Made by a program: the position numbers and the translations under genes. Source: Flavobacteriales bacterium (lineage in GTDB: Bacteria; Bacteroidota; Bacteroidia; Flavobacteriales; JBLHRE01). From it: DNA of 39,841 bases. The stretch is taken from contig JBLHRE010000002.1 in assembly GCA_047625765.1 (NCBI GenBank), forward strand, positions 1 to 39,841. The letters are read 5' to 3'. Positions 1 through 9,441 of the stretch are shown here, piece after piece. Each line of letters opens with the position of its first letter. The first letter of the stretch is position 1. The notes under the pieces are model-generated. The model searched no databases, was not told where the DNA came from, and saw only the letters and a program-made list of their open reading frames with translations.

Positions 1-713
1 CAAAGAATTGTACTGAAATAGAAAAGGTGATAAACACTGCTCCAGAAGCGGACATTCATATCTTACCTGAGACTTTTAACACGGGTTTTGCAATTGACAA
101 AACTCTTGCAGAAACCATGGATGGGCCTACCGTTAATTGGATGCTTTCTGTTGCTAAAAAACACCAGTCCGTAGTTTGCGGCAGCCTCTTAATTCGCTCA
201 TCCAGAAAGACTTTTAATCGATTTATTTGGGCTCAGCCAAACGGAGAACTATTCTCTTACGACAAGAGGCATCTTTTCTCTTTAGCCAAAGAAGAAACCC
301 AATTTGATAAAGGCAACAAGCAAATTATTATTTCTTACCTAGGCTGGAACATAAGACCTTTGGTTTGTTATGATCTGCGCTTTCCGGTATGGAGCAGAAA
401 TGATGAAAATACAGATTTAATGATTTATGTTGCAAACTGGCCTAAACCAAGAATTGAGGCTTGGAAAGTGCTTTTAAGGGCTAGAGCAATAGAAAATCAA
501 TGTTTTGTTGTTGGTGTAAATAGAACAGGAACAGACCCCTCTGGAATGACCTATACAGGCCAAAGTGCGGTCATCTCTCCTATGGGAGACACATTATGTG
601 CTCTGCAAGAAAATGTAACGGCAATGTGCATAGAAATTGATTATACCCAACTTGAAACGATTCGGGAAAAGATCAGCTTTCAAAAAGATAGAGACTCTTT
701 TAGCATTGATTAA
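1..713 (+). CDS. carbon-nitrogen hydrolase family amidohydrolase (YafV/omega-amidase-like); 5' end cut by window edge
   Basis: The frame stays open back to nt 3, so the GTG at 27 is probably internal. Nitrilase-superfamily Glu/Lys/Cys contexts are visible (ILPETFNTGF, YDKRHLF, LVCYDLRFPVWSRN). Confidence 0.8.
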   Translation, partial: KNCTEIEKVINTAPEADIHILPETFNTGFAIDKTLAETMDGPTVNWMLSVAKKHQSVVCGSLLIRSSRKTFNRFIWAQPNGELFSYDKRHLFSLAKEETQFDKGNKQIIISYLGWNIRPLVCYDLRFPVWSRNDENTDLMIYVANWPKPRIEAWKVLLRARAIENQCFVVGVNRTGTDPSGMTYTGQSAVISPMGDTLCALQENVTAMCIEIDYTQLETIREKISFQKDRDSFSID

Positions 714-2257
714 TCCAGAAGAACCTCTACATCCCAATTGGCTCTAATTTCAATTGGCTCTTTGTAATATTCGCAAGGCTCTGGTTTTTTATTTTTTAAA
801 TAATCACCCGCATCCCACCTTCCATTTTCGTTCGCATCGTTAATCAATCGTAACTTATATTTACCTGGCAGCAAAGCGTCAAAGTAGCACGGAAATTGAG
901 TAACAATAACGCTTTTAACTACCTTATTTTTACCGTCAATTAATTGAATCAACATTGGTTTTTTTAGGGAAGAGGAAAGTTTTAATGTTCCAAATTCTTC
1001 CTTTTCCTTTAAAGTAAAAACGGTTCCTAGGCTATCGTTGGTAATTCCTAAATTATGTACAATAGCACCTTTATCTGCAAGTACCATATAGGCCCTTGCT
1101 CCTTGGTAGGGAAATAGAATAGCAAATCTTTTAGGTTCCTTCTTAATGGTAAATTCCAAATCGACTGAATCCGATTTCAAACTGATTTTATCCGTATTTA
1201 GGCTGTCAAACCGGGTTGAGGTTTTTACCCAAAATGTATCCAAATAATTCAGTTTTTTTAAAGATTCAAATTTTAAACGAACCGCTACTGTATCTATTTT
1301 TTTAGGAAACCAGACTACAGTATCTATCTGATTTGCTGTTCCTATCAAAACATTTAACGAGTCAAACCCCACACTAAGCCGTATAAAGGCCGAATCTTTA
1401 TCAGTATAGTGCTGCTGCTTCTTTGCCTCTAGCGATTTGTTGATTAAGAAAATGGACAAGGAATCTTCTTCAAATATTTCTCTATTAAATCCGAAATCCA
1501 ATTGATCGTACTTTTTCTGAACAATGCCCTTAAAGCTAAGTATTGGTTCGGGCTGGTAACAGTCAATATTGATAATGGCAGAGTCTAAATTTGCGAAAAT
1601 TGAGTCCTTTGCAAAGCCTTGAAACTCGTTGTCGTTCAATAAATAATCCTTGTTTTTATCTTCAAAAGCAATCAACTGATATTCTCCTGCGCTCATGTTC
1701 TCCAGTCTAAAAAGACGGTTCTTAACCCTGCTCAAATAATCTGGCTTTCGTAAGTATGGAATACTATCCATCCATGCGACCTTTTTATAAGCCATTACCC
1801 ACATTTTTTCGGGTAAATCCATTTCATAAATAGGCTTAATTATTCCTTGTAGGCTCAAAGAATCTATAAAGCTCCCTGTAGAAAATGTGTACTTAAAATC
1901 TTCAATTGGATTGCCTTCGTTAAGGTCGACAATAGCATTTCCAAAATTTAAGGTATAGGTAGTATTGGCTTTAATGCTGTCTTCTAAAGTAACTAGCAGT
2001 AACCTTCCTTTTACAATTGCCTTGGGTGTTTTCATAGGCGGAGAACTAACCAATTCTGCCTCTAGGTTTTTAACCTTTATGTATTCGTCAAAAACAAACT
2101 TGATAGTTTTAGCCTCAAAGTAGACACAAAAATTAGATGGACTTACTTCCATTAACTCTGGTGCTCTTTCATCTTTAGGCCCGCCATCAGGATTAACTAC
2201 TGTAGCACAAGCGGTAAATAAGAATAGTGTAAGAATTTGTAAAAGGGCTTTATTCAT
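710..2257 (-). CDS. secreted lipoprotein with Ig-like N-terminal region, function unknown
   Basis: 515-aa ORF with a lipoprotein-type signal (LFLFTAC). No catalytic motif recognised. 4-nt convergent overlap with the previous gene. Confidence 0.6.
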   Translation of the reverse strand: MNKALLQILTLFLFTACATVVNPDGGPKDERAPELMEVSPSNFCVYFEAKTIKFVFDEYIKVKNLEAELVSSPPMKTPKAIVKGRLLLVTLEDSIKANTTYTLNFGNAIVDLNEGNPIEDFKYTFSTGSFIDSLSLQGIIKPIYEMDLPEKMWVMAYKKVAWMDSIPYLRKPDYLSRVKNRLFRLENMSAGEYQLIAFEDKNKDYLLNDNEFQGFAKDSIFANLDSAIINIDCYQPEPILSFKGIVQKKYDQLDFGFNREIFEEDSLSIFLINKSLEAKKQQHYTDKDSAFIRLSVGFDSLNVLIGTANQIDTVVWFPKKIDTVAVRLKFESLKKLNYLDTFWVKTSTRFDSLNTDKISLKSDSVDLEFTIKKEPKRFAILFPYQGARAYMVLADKGAIVHNLGITNDSLGTVFTLKEKEEFGTLKLSSSLKKPMLIQLIDGKNKVVKSVIVTQFPCYFDALLPGKYKLRLINDANENGRWDAGDYLKNKKPEPCEYYKEPIEIRANWDVEVLLD

Positions 2258-2278
2258 GGCACCAAATATAATTGAAAA

Positions 2279-2986
2279 CTAATCGGCAAAGGCTAGTGTA
2301 AATAGACTTAGTTTAGAATTAGGAATCTTTAAAAGCTCCCTCCCACATGCTTCTAGTGTTGCCCCTGATGTTAAAACATCGTCTACCAAGAGAATGTGTT
2401 TCGCATTTAAGCTTGCATTTTGATTTAACTGAAACGCATTTTCAACGTTTAGCCAACGATCGTATTTATTGATAGTAGTTTGGGAATTATTGTATCTATT
2501 TCTACTTATCAAAGACGTATTTAAAGGTACTTCCATGCCCTCTGAAAGGCCTTTTCCTAGCCATTCTGATTGATTATAACCTCTAATTTTTAGCTTTTTG
2601 GGATGAAGTGGCACAGGAACAATCGTATCGCAACAAGAAAATCTATTGGATTTCTTTAACTCCTTTCCTAATAATTGACCCAATACAAATGCGGTGTCTT
2701 TTTGTCCTTTATACTTTATAGCATGCAGCACTTTTTGAATCCTCCCTTTGTTATGAAATAAGTAAGCCGATGCTGCCGAATGTACTGGTATTCTGCCATA
2801 AAATATTTTTTCGGCAGCATTATTACGCGTATTTATATAGCCAGAACGAGGCATTTGATGCTTGCAGAAAGAACAAAAATGGCTTTCAGAAAACAGCAAT
2901 TTACGACCACATGAAACACATAAATCAGGGTAAAATAAATTTACAAAATCGCTAGAATAGCGCTTAAGAATGGATAAAGCATGCAC
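2279..2986 (-). CDS. comF: ComF family protein (phosphoribosyltransferase-fold competence-like protein)
   Basis: N-terminal Cys-rich zinc-finger-like segment (CVSCG...CSFCK) and C-terminal PRTase motif ILLVDDVLTSGATLEAC. Confidence 0.8.
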   Translation of the reverse strand: MHALSILKRYSSDFVNLFYPDLCVSCGRKLLFSESHFCSFCKHQMPRSGYINTRNNAAEKIFYGRIPVHSAASAYLFHNKGRIQKVLHAIKYKGQKDTAFVLGQLLGKELKKSNRFSCCDTIVPVPLHPKKLKIRGYNQSEWLGKGLSEGMEVPLNTSLISRNRYNNSQTTINKYDRWLNVENAFQLNQNASLNAKHILLVDDVLTSGATLEACGRELLKIPNSKLSLFTLAFAD

Positions 2987-3033
2987 GGTTTTGGGTTTTA
3001 ATTAAAGCATTTTAACAGGGAAAATATTTCCTG

Positions 3034-3041
3034 TACTTTTG
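3034..3041 (+). promoter_or_regulatory. Bacteroidota sigma-A -7 box (TACTTTTG)
   Basis: Exact match to TAnnTTTG about 60 nt upstream of the ATG at 3102. No clear -33 TTTG. Confidence 0.4.
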
Positions 3042-3101
3042 CAGACAATTAAAATGTTGTCAAACACGACAAGTTAAAACAATTGTAAGAAAAAACCTAT
3101 T

Positions 3102-3983
3102 ATGGAAAATCAACCAGCAAACACAGGTCAGAAATCAAGAGTATTGATTATTGTACTGCTTTTATTATTGATTGTAGCTGCAGGAATGTTGTACAACGAA
3201 AAAACTAACAATTCTGATTTAACAGCTGAAAAAACAGATCTAACTTCTGATTTATCTGCTATGAAAACTCAGTATGATGTTTTGTTGATCGGAAAGGATA
3301 GCGCTGATGCAACTTTAATTGCAGAACGCTCAAGAATTGTTGGCCTATTAGACTCTATTAATCTGTTGAGTACTGATATTAATAGCCTACAACGATACAA
3401 AAGAGAAGCAAGAAGATTACGTAAAGAACGTAAGGTTTTATTGGAAAGAGCTGATTCTTTGTTAGAAGCAAACGCTTTATTAGAAGCGGATTTAGCATTA
3501 GCAGGTGATAGTTTAGTTAAATCTACCCAAGCAAACACTGTATTAAGCACAGAAAACACTGTATTGGCACAAAAAATTGCTTTAGGGAAAACGTTGTCTG
3601 CTGATGGTTTAACTGCAACGGGTGTAAAATCTCGTTTCATTACTGGTACAGAAAGAGATACTGACAGAGCAAATAGTACAGAGAAATTGAAAGCTTGTTT
3701 TACTTTAAGTAAAAACATGATTGCAGAAAAAGAAAGCAAAACCGTTTACATCCGTTTTGTTGACCCTGCCGGAAATGTTGTTGCTTCAACTGGAAACAAC
3801 TTTAATTTCAACAATACTAAATTACCCTTTAGCGCTTCTAAAGAAGTGTATTACGAAAACCAAACCTTAGCTGTTTGCATGTATGCAACGGTTAAAGAAG
3901 GTTCTGTATCTACTGGTACTTATGCTGCAGAAGTTTATGCTGATAATGCTTTAATTGGAACGACTCAATTTTCAATGCGTTAA
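3102..3983 (+). CDS. membrane-anchored coiled-coil protein, function unknown
   Basis: 293-aa ORF with an N-terminal TM helix (VLIIVLLLLLIVAAG), a heptad-like Leu/Ala-rich middle and a beta-rich C-terminus. Followed by a strong terminator. Confidence 0.6.
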   Translation: MENQPANTGQKSRVLIIVLLLLLIVAAGMLYNEKTNNSDLTAEKTDLTSDLSAMKTQYDVLLIGKDSADATLIAERSRIVGLLDSINLLSTDINSLQRYKREARRLRKERKVLLERADSLLEANALLEADLALAGDSLVKSTQANTVLSTENTVLAQKIALGKTLSADGLTATGVKSRFITGTERDTDRANSTEKLKACFTLSKNMIAEKESKTVYIRFVDPAGNVVASTGNNFNFNNTKLPFSASKEVYYENQTLAVCMYATVKEGSVSTGTYAAEVYADNALIGTTQFSMR

Positions 3984-4006
3984 TCTAAATTACCTCATCC
4001 TTAAAA

Positions 4007-4041
4007 CCCTCTACTCTAACTTAAGAGTAGAGGGTTTTTTT
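4007..4041 (+). terminator. rho-independent terminator
   Basis: 11-bp perfect stem ccctctactct/agagtagaggg (4007-4017 / 4024-4034), 6-nt loop, then a T7 run. Confidence 0.8.
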
Positions 4042-4109
4042 ATTTTATTTAAGGACTCTATTCTAACAGGTGCTTTTTCTATTTTTGTAATCGCAGAGAA
4101 CCTCTGTTT

Positions 4110-4379
4110 ATGAAGTATTTATTACCATTGACATTTATTTTAATGTCCCTCTCGTTAAACGGTCAGGCTGTTATTAAAAAAATGCTGCTTCAATTTGGAG
4201 GTATCTTTGCGCATAGTAACATGATAGTAGATTGACATGTAGAAAACAAAGGAACCAAAGACCTTGAAATAACCAAAATAGATAGAATGAAGCTTCAGGA
4301 GCAAAGAGGGAAAGTTAGAAACATTAAACTTTCTGTGGTTGGACTTAGAAGCAGAGAGAAAACGGTTGCTTCTATGTAA
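4110..4379 (+). pseudogene. possible DUF1573-like secreted protein remnant with in-frame TGA
   Basis: A single reading frame runs 4110-4379, interrupted by TGA at 4233-4235. It has a signal peptide (MKYLLPLTFILMSLSLNGQA). QFGGIFAHSNMIVD*HVENKGTKDLEITKI resembles the DUF1573 core, but the CGCT segment is absent. Confidence 0.3.
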
Positions 4380-4486
4380 GATTTGGCCATTTCGGGAGCG
4401 GTAGAAACATTCATGTCAACAGTTTTCAAGATTCCAAGCAGCAATTCTTAGAGGAAATAAAATGCCACCCAAAAAAACAAACTCCC

Positions 4487-4972
4487 ATGAAATTGAAGTA
4501 TTCTATTGTTACTGTTTTAGCTCTACTGGTAAGCGGATGCCAAGCCCCAAAAGTAGATGAAAGTGTTGCCAAACAAGAAATTAATGCTACGCTAGATTTG
4601 TGGCATGCTGCTGCAAGTGAAGCAGACTTAGAAGTCTATTTCAACTACATCCATCCCAATGGATACTTTTTAGGGACTGATGCTCTTGAAAACTGGGATA
4701 AAACAACTTTCTACAATTTTTCGAAGCCCCATTTTAATACTGCTCCTGCTTGGGCATTTAAGCCACATTCGAGAATGATATTTTTTTCTGAAGATGGAAA
4801 AACAGCTTGGTTTAATGAGCTGTTAGATACTTGGATGGATGCCTGTAGAGGTTCTGGGGTTATGGTGAGGACCGCAGAAGGCTGGAAAATTATGCAATAC
4901 AATTTAGCCATGTTAGTACCTAACGACAAGGTTCAAGACTATCTTAAGGTGTTAGCAGACACTACTAAATAA
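4487..4972 (+). CDS. SnoaL-like / NTF2-fold lipoprotein
   Basis: 161-aa ORF with a lipobox (LLVSGC). LDLWHAAASEADLEVYFNYIHPNGYFLGTD resembles SnoaL_3/DUF4440-type proteins. Confidence 0.6.
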   Translation: MKLKYSIVTVLALLVSGCQAPKVDESVAKQEINATLDLWHAAASEADLEVYFNYIHPNGYFLGTDALENWDKTTFYNFSKPHFNTAPAWAFKPHSRMIFFSEDGKTAWFNELLDTWMDACRGSGVMVRTAEGWKIMQYNLAMLVPNDKVQDYLKVLADTTK

Positions 4973-5976
4973 TGCCAAAACACTTTGATGTAATTATTGT
5001 TGGTGCTGGTCCAGCAGGCTGTATAGCGGCATTAAATATTGCCAAAACCAATCTAAGTGTTGCCTTTCTCGACAAGGCTAGTTTCCCTAGAGATAAGATA
5101 TGCGGAGACGCTATTAGTGGAAATGTAACTTTCGAAGTGAATCGTTTAGAGTCTGGCCTTGTAAATAAGTTCGATGTCTTTCCTAAAAAAAACATGAACC
5201 AAAAGCATTCGTTTTTGGACATTGGTTTACCAAAATCAAACTACGGCATAGATGACCCTGCCTTTATTGCGAATTGATTTCGATAACTTCCTGTTTCTTG
5301 AAGTGATAAAACGCCCCAACATAACTATTTTAGAAGGGAGCGGCTTAAAAAAGCTAAAAACAAGCAACACAGGAGTGAGTGCTGCAACTCAGGAACACCA
5401 CTTTACGGCTGAACTAATCATAGCTGCCGATGGGGCATATTCTACCCTTGCTAAACTTAGCGGTCTCTCAGAAATGGATCCCAAGCATCACAGGGCTGGT
5501 TTGCGCGTTTACTAGGAGAATGTTTTGGGCTTTGATACACAAAACCTAATAGAATTACATTTTTATAAGAATATTCTCCCTAGATATTTATGGGTATTTC
5601 CACTTCCTAACAGTCAGGCGAATGTGGGAATTGGAATGCTATGACGAGCGGAAGAATTGCAGCATTGCATGCCTTAGAAACATTTGAGGCAAAGGATTTC
5701 TCTAAAAATTTTATGAAGCTGTACGATCGTAAAATTTATACCAAAATGGGTACGGATTTTCCCATAAGTCATATGACGCAAAAGCTGATGCGATTTCCTA
5801 AACTCTTTGATTTTGTGGTGAAAAAGGCCAACAAGAATGAAGCGGTAAGAGGCTTATTGATAAACATGTTTAACAATGTAGACATCAAAAAACCGCTCAC
5901 CAAGCCTTCCCTTCTATTTCAAATTAGTATTCAAATAAAAAACCCTGTCTCAGCTAGGCCAAGACAGGGTTCGTAA
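4972..5976 (+). pseudogene. geranylgeranyl reductase family FAD-dependent oxidoreductase, disrupted
   Basis: The FAD motif FDVIIVGAGPAGC lies in frame 1 (4972-5277). The continuation is in frame 2 (5252-5515), with an in-frame TAG at 5513 and then ...YLWVFPLPNSQANVGIGML stop at 5642. The C-terminal part (SGRIAALHALE...) is back in frame 1 from 5641. The segment normally between NVGIG and SGRIAA appears to be missing. Confidence 0.8.
5937..5969 (-). terminator. rho-independent terminator for the OMP gene
   Basis: 8-bp stem ccctgtct/agacaggg (5943-5950 / 5962-5969). An A6 run on the + strand gives a T-run on the minus strand after the hairpin. Confidence 0.65.
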
Positions 5977-5993
5977 TATTTGTTGTTTAGAAA

Positions 5994-6665
5994 TTATCTA
6001 AACCAGAAATGCAAAATTAAAGATCCTGTTGGATTTGTAGCTAAACCAAATGAACTTGATTTAGCTTCAATAACATTACCATCCGTTTCTCTTTCGCTAG
6101 TCGAGCTGAAACCAATAGTGGCATCATAACGACCTTCTAAAGAAACCATAGGAGCAATAAAATACTCCAAACCTAATCCAAGACCAGCACCAGCGGCAAA
6201 AGTGTTTCCACCTTTAGTCTCAGTTGCATTAACTCCAGAAACATCAATGTTTCCATCTGCATTAGCAGTTTGAGAGATAGCAACACCCGCGCGAGCTAAA
6301 CCAACAATACGACCTTCACCTCTTCTTTTCTCAAGACCTCCAAAAAGGTCAAAAGAAAATTTATTAGTTAAAGTTTCATCACCAACTAAGTCTTCAACCC
6401 TGTTACTAGTAATGCCAAAACCAACTCTAGTTACAATCGCCATGTCGTCTGTGCGCATCTGCTTCATTGTAATAGCAATTGGGTTGTCAGCTGTTCCTAC
6501 AAAAGAAGGAGCTGTTGCACCTGCATTAGACAATAAGCCTCCTGCGTAGGTCAAAAATGGTGTTGCATCAATTCCAATTGAGGAATCTCCTGCTTGTGGT
6601 TTCATTTGTGCAAATCCTGCTACTGAAGCAAAGACTAATGCGGCAAGCGTAATCACTTTTTTCAT
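5994..6665 (-). CDS. outer-membrane beta-barrel (porin-family/OmpW-like) protein
   Basis: Signal peptide MKKVITLAALVFASVAGFAQ. Alternating hydrophobic, Gly-rich beta-strand pattern with an aromatic C-terminus (LHFWFR). Confidence 0.65.
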   Translation of the reverse strand: MKKVITLAALVFASVAGFAQMKPQAGDSSIGIDATPFLTYAGGLLSNAGATAPSFVGTADNPIAITMKQMRTDDMAIVTRVGFGITSNRVEDLVGDETLTNKFSFDLFGGLEKRRGEGRIVGLARAGVAISQTANADGNIDVSGVNATETKGGNTFAAGAGLGLGLEYFIAPMVSLEGRYDATIGFSSTSERETDGNVIEAKSSSFGLATNPTGSLILHFWFR

Positions 6666-6934
6666 AACGTATAATGTTTAAAAGATTAGACGCCTAAATA
6701 TAGAAAATACTTTGACCGAGAAAACACAGCCCCCTTTATAGGAAATTAACCATACATTGTTAATAACCCAAATCAGAACCAATTAACTGCAAGTAAGTGA
6801 CTTACGCCCCGTATAAGCACGGTAGTCCCCCTTTAAAACCTTCCTTTAGGTTACTCTTAGCCTATTGCTATATACTTCCGGTGCATTAGAAAAGTCAGTT
6901 CATAAAAAAAGGAGCGCAAATCCTCGCCTTTTGT

Positions 6935-8494
6935 CTATTTAAAATCGTTGACTTTATCAGCAGCAATTCGCTTGTCTTGGTTGGCCAGTTGCCAAGCCGT
7001 GTGAAACACCAGTCGTGTTATTTTTTCCATCTTATCAAATAAAATTTTATCTACCGTATCGGTGTGCTTGTGATAATCTTCGTGCACTCCATTAAAGTAG
7101 AATATCACCGGGATGTTATTCTTAGCAAAATTGTAGTGATCTGAACGGTAATAAAAACGGTTTGGATCGTCAGGCGCGTTGAACGTATAATCCAATTCTA
7201 GGTTAGAATAGTCAACATTTGCTTTTTCGCTGATGTCATGCAATTCAGAACTCAACTTATCAGAACCTATTAAATAGATGTAGTTTTCGTTCTCAGCATG
7301 GTTTTCGTCCAAACGTCCAATCATATCTATATTCAAATTGGCAACCGTATTTTCTAATGGATATACGGGGTGATTGGTATAATAAGTAGAACCCAACAAT
7401 CCCATCTCCTCGCCAGAAACCGTCATAAACAACATGCTTCTTCTTGGCCCGTGCCCGTCCGCTTTAGCTTGAGCAAAGGCTTCTGCTAAGTCCATTACTG
7501 CTACTGTACCAGACCCATCATCATCGGCTCCATTAAAAACTTTGCCATCTTGTACTCCTATATGGTCGTAGTGTGCGCTAATTACAATAACCTCTTCCTT
7601 TAAATCGGATCCCTCTACATAACCTAAAACGTTCTGAGCAGGAATTTTTTCCTCCTTAGAGGTTATGTAAACAGAAAAATCAGCATTAACAATACCAGAA
7701 GCAGGTTTCCCTTTCTTTCTTATATAAGCTCTTAATTTTTCTTCAGATTTTTTAGACGCTAACATTAAATCGCTTCCCATCTTAGAGCTAACAAATACAC
7801 ATGTAAATGGATCTTCTTTTTCGAAAGGCTCTACCGCTAAACTTCCTTTTTTAATATAATGTGAATAGCGCTCTGCATTATTTTCTGCATTGGTGTCTAC
7901 TACAAAAATTCCGGCCGCTCCTTTTTCTTTTGCTGCAGCAACTTTCTTTCTCCACTTTGTAGACCATTCAGAAGGCTCTTCTCCTTCTGTAATTAAACTA
8001 TAGCCCTTTTTATCGAATGGTTCTCCGCTCCAAGCCAGTACCCATTTGTTTGTTACATCAATTGCGCTGTAATCAGAATAAACTTCATCATCTATCCCAT
8101 ATCCTGCAAAAACAAAATCTGTTGCGCTAATATCTGTTATAGGCGCTCCTGGTAAAAAATAAAAGTCTTTTAGAAAAGCATACTCGTTGCTATCGATAAC
8201 AACGGTAGCTTCGTATCCTCCCTTTTTATATAAGAAGTATTGCTGGTAGTAATCAGAACCATTATAAGCAGGAATACCTGATTTTGCAAAATGCTCTGAA
8301 ATATATTTTGCTGCCTTTTGCTGACCAATGGTTCCTGTTTCGCGCCCTTCCATAGAGTCGGCTGCTATAACTAAAAGATCTTCTTTTAAGTCTGCCGCAG
8401 TAATGGTCTCTGCATATTTTAATTGAATTTCGTTTTGCTGGCCGTAGCTAGCAATAGAAATCAATCCTCCTAGTAATAATAATAACTTGTTCAT
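6935..8494 (-). CDS. M28 family aminopeptidase with PA domain
   Basis: Zinc-ligand contexts AHYDH, DDDGSG, GEEMGLLGS and SDH. Start moved to the ATG at 8494 (MNKLLLLLGGLISIASYGQQ signal peptide), which removes the overlap with rpiB. Confidence 0.85.
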   Translation of the reverse strand: MNKLLLLLGGLISIASYGQQNEIQLKYAETITAADLKEDLLVIAADSMEGRETGTIGQQKAAKYISEHFAKSGIPAYNGSDYYQQYFLYKKGGYEATVVIDSNEYAFLKDFYFLPGAPITDISATDFVFAGYGIDDEVYSDYSAIDVTNKWVLAWSGEPFDKKGYSLITEGEEPSEWSTKWRKKVAAAKEKGAAGIFVVDTNAENNAERYSHYIKKGSLAVEPFEKEDPFTCVFVSSKMGSDLMLASKKSEEKLRAYIRKKGKPASGIVNADFSVYITSKEEKIPAQNVLGYVEGSDLKEEVIVISAHYDHIGVQDGKVFNGADDDGSGTVAVMDLAEAFAQAKADGHGPRRSMLFMTVSGEEMGLLGSTYYTNHPVYPLENTVANLNIDMIGRLDENHAENENYIYLIGSDKLSSELHDISEKANVDYSNLELDYTFNAPDDPNRFYYRSDHYNFAKNNIPVIFYFNGVHEDYHKHTDTVDKILFDKMEKITRLVFHTAWQLANQDKRIAADKVNDFK

Positions 8495-8495
8495 C

Positions 8496-8924
8496 TTAAC
8501 ACGAAATTTTATCAATTCTTTTTTGATGACGTCCACCTTCAAATTCTGTAGTAACAAAAGTCTTAACAATATCTAATCCTATTTGTTCTGATATATACCT
8601 TGCAGGCATTGCCAACACATTTGCATTGTTATGTAAACGCGCCATAGATGCTATTTCTTCTGTCCAACACAAAGCAGAACGAATTCCTGCATGTTTATTT
8701 GCTGCCATATTAATACCATTACCGCTGCCACACATTAATATACCCAAATCATGCGTGCTCGTTTCTACTGCATTCGCCACAGGATGAGCGTAATCTGGAT
8801 AATCTACACTATCTTCAGAAAAGGGTCCAAAGTCTTTTACTTCTATTCCCATTTTTTCTAGAGTAGTCTTAACTTTTTCTTTTAATTCGTAGCCTGCGTG
8901 ATCAGCTCCTATTGCAATTTTCAT
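8496..8924 (-). CDS. rpiB: ribose-5-phosphate isomerase B
   Basis: MKIAIGADHAGYELK..., CGSGNGI and a typical ~142-aa length. Start set at the ATG at 8924, downstream of the -7 box at 8953-8960. Confidence 0.9.
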   Translation of the reverse strand: MKIAIGADHAGYELKEKVKTTLEKMGIEVKDFGPFSEDSVDYPDYAHPVANAVETSTHDLGILMCGSGNGINMAANKHAGIRSALCWTEEIASMARLHNNANVLAMPARYISEQIGLDIVKTFVTTEFEGGRHQKRIDKISC

Positions 8925-8952
8925 GGTCTTGATTTTATTGTTGAAAGTGGAG

Positions 8953-8960
8953 CAAAAGTA
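8953..8960 (-). promoter_or_regulatory. -7 box TACTTTTG for rpiB
   Basis: caaaagta on the + strand is TACTTTTG on the minus strand, about 29 nt upstream of the rpiB ATG. Confidence 0.45.
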
Positions 8961-9441
8961 AACATTTAGGGTTTTCAACATTGAATATTAACCAATGTTA
9001 ATAAGAGTTATAAATAGCTTCATAACAGCGACTTCTTATTAACATAAAAAGCGTGTATAAAATTGGTCGACTACTCACAACTATCAACAAGTAAGTGTTG
9101 CCAAATTCAATTATAAAACCAATGGAATTAATTTTAATAGAAACCTATATAAACTTGCCGATTTCTATGCACAAGTTTTCATTATTGTACACAACGATGC
9201 TAACATCAAATTCGCAATATTTTAATCAACAATGTGTGTAAATAGAACTTTCATATGTTTGTTAACAAAGTGTAAATTTACCTGATAATCAAGACCCTTT
9301 AATTTATTGTAATGTTCACAACATTTAAGAAATCATATATGAAAGAAGTATTCGATTATTTTATACAAGCTATCAACACCCTATTATAAGCACCAATTTT
9401 TTTTAGAATTTTAAAAGAAAGAAAAATATAATAATATATAT

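Noticed and set aside
3269-3739. 156-aa antisense ORF within the coiled-coil gene. The same situation applies to 15296-15814, 30154-30507, 34421-34657, 36904-37188 and 37760-38044.
   Set aside because: All are embedded antisense to ORFs with clear family motifs or coherent architecture. They have no motifs and their composition is typical of shadow ORFs.
4233-4235. In-frame TGA as a possible selenocysteine codon
   Set aside because: No SECIS-like hairpin lies directly downstream, there is no Cys homologue context, and the surrounding region shows other signs of gene decay.
6666-6934. 270-bp intergenic region with two cccccttta motifs (about 6731 and 6827), considered as a riboswitch or sRNA
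   Set aside because: I could not build a convincing conserved-looking secondary structure or match any riboswitch core by eye. It is probably just the promoter/5' UTR of the OMP gene plus a weak terminator of the M28 gene.
8496-8981. Long N-terminal extensions of rpiB (to 8981) and of the M28 peptidase (to 8569) in the ORF track, implying a 74-nt gene overlap
   Set aside because: Internal ATGs give a canonical RpiB N-terminus (MKIAIGADHAG) and a signal peptide (MNKLLLLLGG). A -7 box lies between 8981 and 8924, and the trimmed genes are separated by 1 nt.
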